A stretch of 64,000 nucleotides of DNA from Eledone cirrhosa (lineage: Eukaryota): contig OZ024741.1 of NCBI GenBank assembly GCA_964016885.1, positions 148,056,001 to 148,120,000 on the forward strand, written 5' to 3'. The notes below the pieces were generated by a model that worked only from the letters and a program-made list of their open reading frames with translations, ran no database searches and had not been told where the DNA came from. Positions 62,480 to 64,000 of this stretch are shown one piece after another. The translations under genes and the position numbers were made by a program. Each line of letters begins with the position of its first letter. Within the stretch, counting starts at the first letter, position 1.

Positions 62480-64000
62480 TACCTGCTATACCTGACATCC
62501 CTGCTATATATACCTGTCTTCCCTGCTATATATACCTGACATCCCTGCTATATATACCTGACATCCCTGCTATATATACCTGACGTCTCTGCTATATATA
62601 CCCGACATCTCTGCTATATATACCAGACGTCTCTGCTATATATACCTGTCATCCCTGCTATATATACCTGACGTCTCTGCTATATATACCTGACGTCCCT
62701 GCTATATATACCTGACGTCCCTGCTATATATACCTGACGTCCCTGCTATATATACCTGACGTCTCTGCTATATATACCTGACATCCCTGCTATATATACC
62801 TGACGTCCCTGCTATATATACCTGACATCCCTGCTATATATACCTGTCTTCCCTGCTATATATACCTGACATCCCTGCTATATATACCTGACGTCCCTGC
62901 TATATATACCTGACGTCTCTGCTATATATACCTGACATCCCTGCTATATATACCTGACATTCCTGCTATATATACCTGACATTCCTGCTATATATACCTG
63001 ACATCCCTGCTATATATACCTGACATCCCTGCTATATATACCTGACATCCCTGCTATATATACCTGACATTCCTGCTATATATACCTGACATCCCTGCTA
63101 TATATACCTGACATCCCTGCTATATATACCTGACATTCCTGCTATATATACCTGACATCTCTGCTATATATACCTGACATCTCTGCTATATATACCTGTC
63201 GTCCCTGCTATATATACCTGTCGTCTCTGCTATATATACAAGGCATCTCTGCTATATATACCTGTCTTCCCTGCTATATATAACTGACGTCCCTGCTATA
63301 TATACCTGACGCCTCTGCTATATATACCTGTCTTCCCTGCTATATATACCTGACATCCCTGCTATATATACCTGACATCCCTGCTATATATACCTGACGT
63401 CTCTGCTATATATACCTGACATCTCTGCTATATATACCTGTCTTCACTGCTATATATAACCGACGTCCCTGCTATATATACAAGGCATCTCTGCTATATA
63501 TACCTGTCATCTCTGCTATATATACCTGACATCCCTGCTATATATACCTGTCGTCTCTGCTATATATACCTGTCTTCCCTGCTATATATACCTGTCTTCC
63601 CTGCTATATATACCCGACATCTCTGCTATATATACCTGACATCTCTGCTATATATACCTGTCATCTCTGCTATATATACCTGACATCCCTGCTATATATA
63701 CCTGACGTCCCTGCTATATATACCCGACATCTCTGCTATATATACCTGTCTTCCCTGCTATATATAACTGACGTCCCTGCTATATATACCTGTCATCTCT
63801 GCTATATATACCCGACATCTCTGCTATATATACCTGACATCTCTGCTATATATACCTGACGTCTCTGCTATATATACCTGACATCTCTGCTATATATACC
63901 TGACATCTCTGCTATATATACCCGACATCTCTGCTATATATACCCGACATCTCTGCTATATATACCTGACATCTCTGCTATATATACCTGACATCTCTGC
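62480..64000. repeat. 22-bp minisatellite (CCTGACATCCCTGCTATATATA)n, ~69 copies, running off the window edge; probably intronic to NCAPG
   Basis: Read directly from the sequence; variant units interleave. Confidence 0.95.

Noticed and set aside
62480-64000. Possible CRISPR array
   Set aside because: The 22-bp units are head to tail with no unique spacers, there are no cas genes, and the context is eukaryotic.

Overview
AT-rich, repeat-dense animal genomic DNA. The tRNA-derived SINE family, (AAT)n/(TA)n tracts and TE mix suggest a mollusc, probably an octopus; this is an inference. Two host genes are supported. One is the 3' half of a spliced condensin I subunit CAP-G gene (NCAPG-like, minus strand, five coding exons between 61879 and 50277), whose C-terminus is a 13-aa tandem repeat. 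The other is an intact single-ORF class A GPCR (40362-41423, +). The rest is nested, mostly decayed TEs: R4/Dong, CR1, RTE, Tx1/L1, CRE and Penelope-like retroelements, a Gypsy LTR element, two Helitrons, piggyBac and mariner relics, a MITE with a 5-bp TSD, and many SINEs. Four patterns deserve follow-up. (1) A ~5 kb inverted duplication plus scrambled copies of sequence from the NCAPG 3' end. (2) A cluster of near-perfect palindromes and hammerhead-ribozyme-like motifs beside the Penelope element. (3) A SINE whose 3' tail matches that of the Tx1-like LINE. (4) An in-frame TAA lying 6 nt before a strong splice donor in NCAPG, followed by an in-frame open downstream exon. All assignments come from reading motifs by eye; no searches were run.
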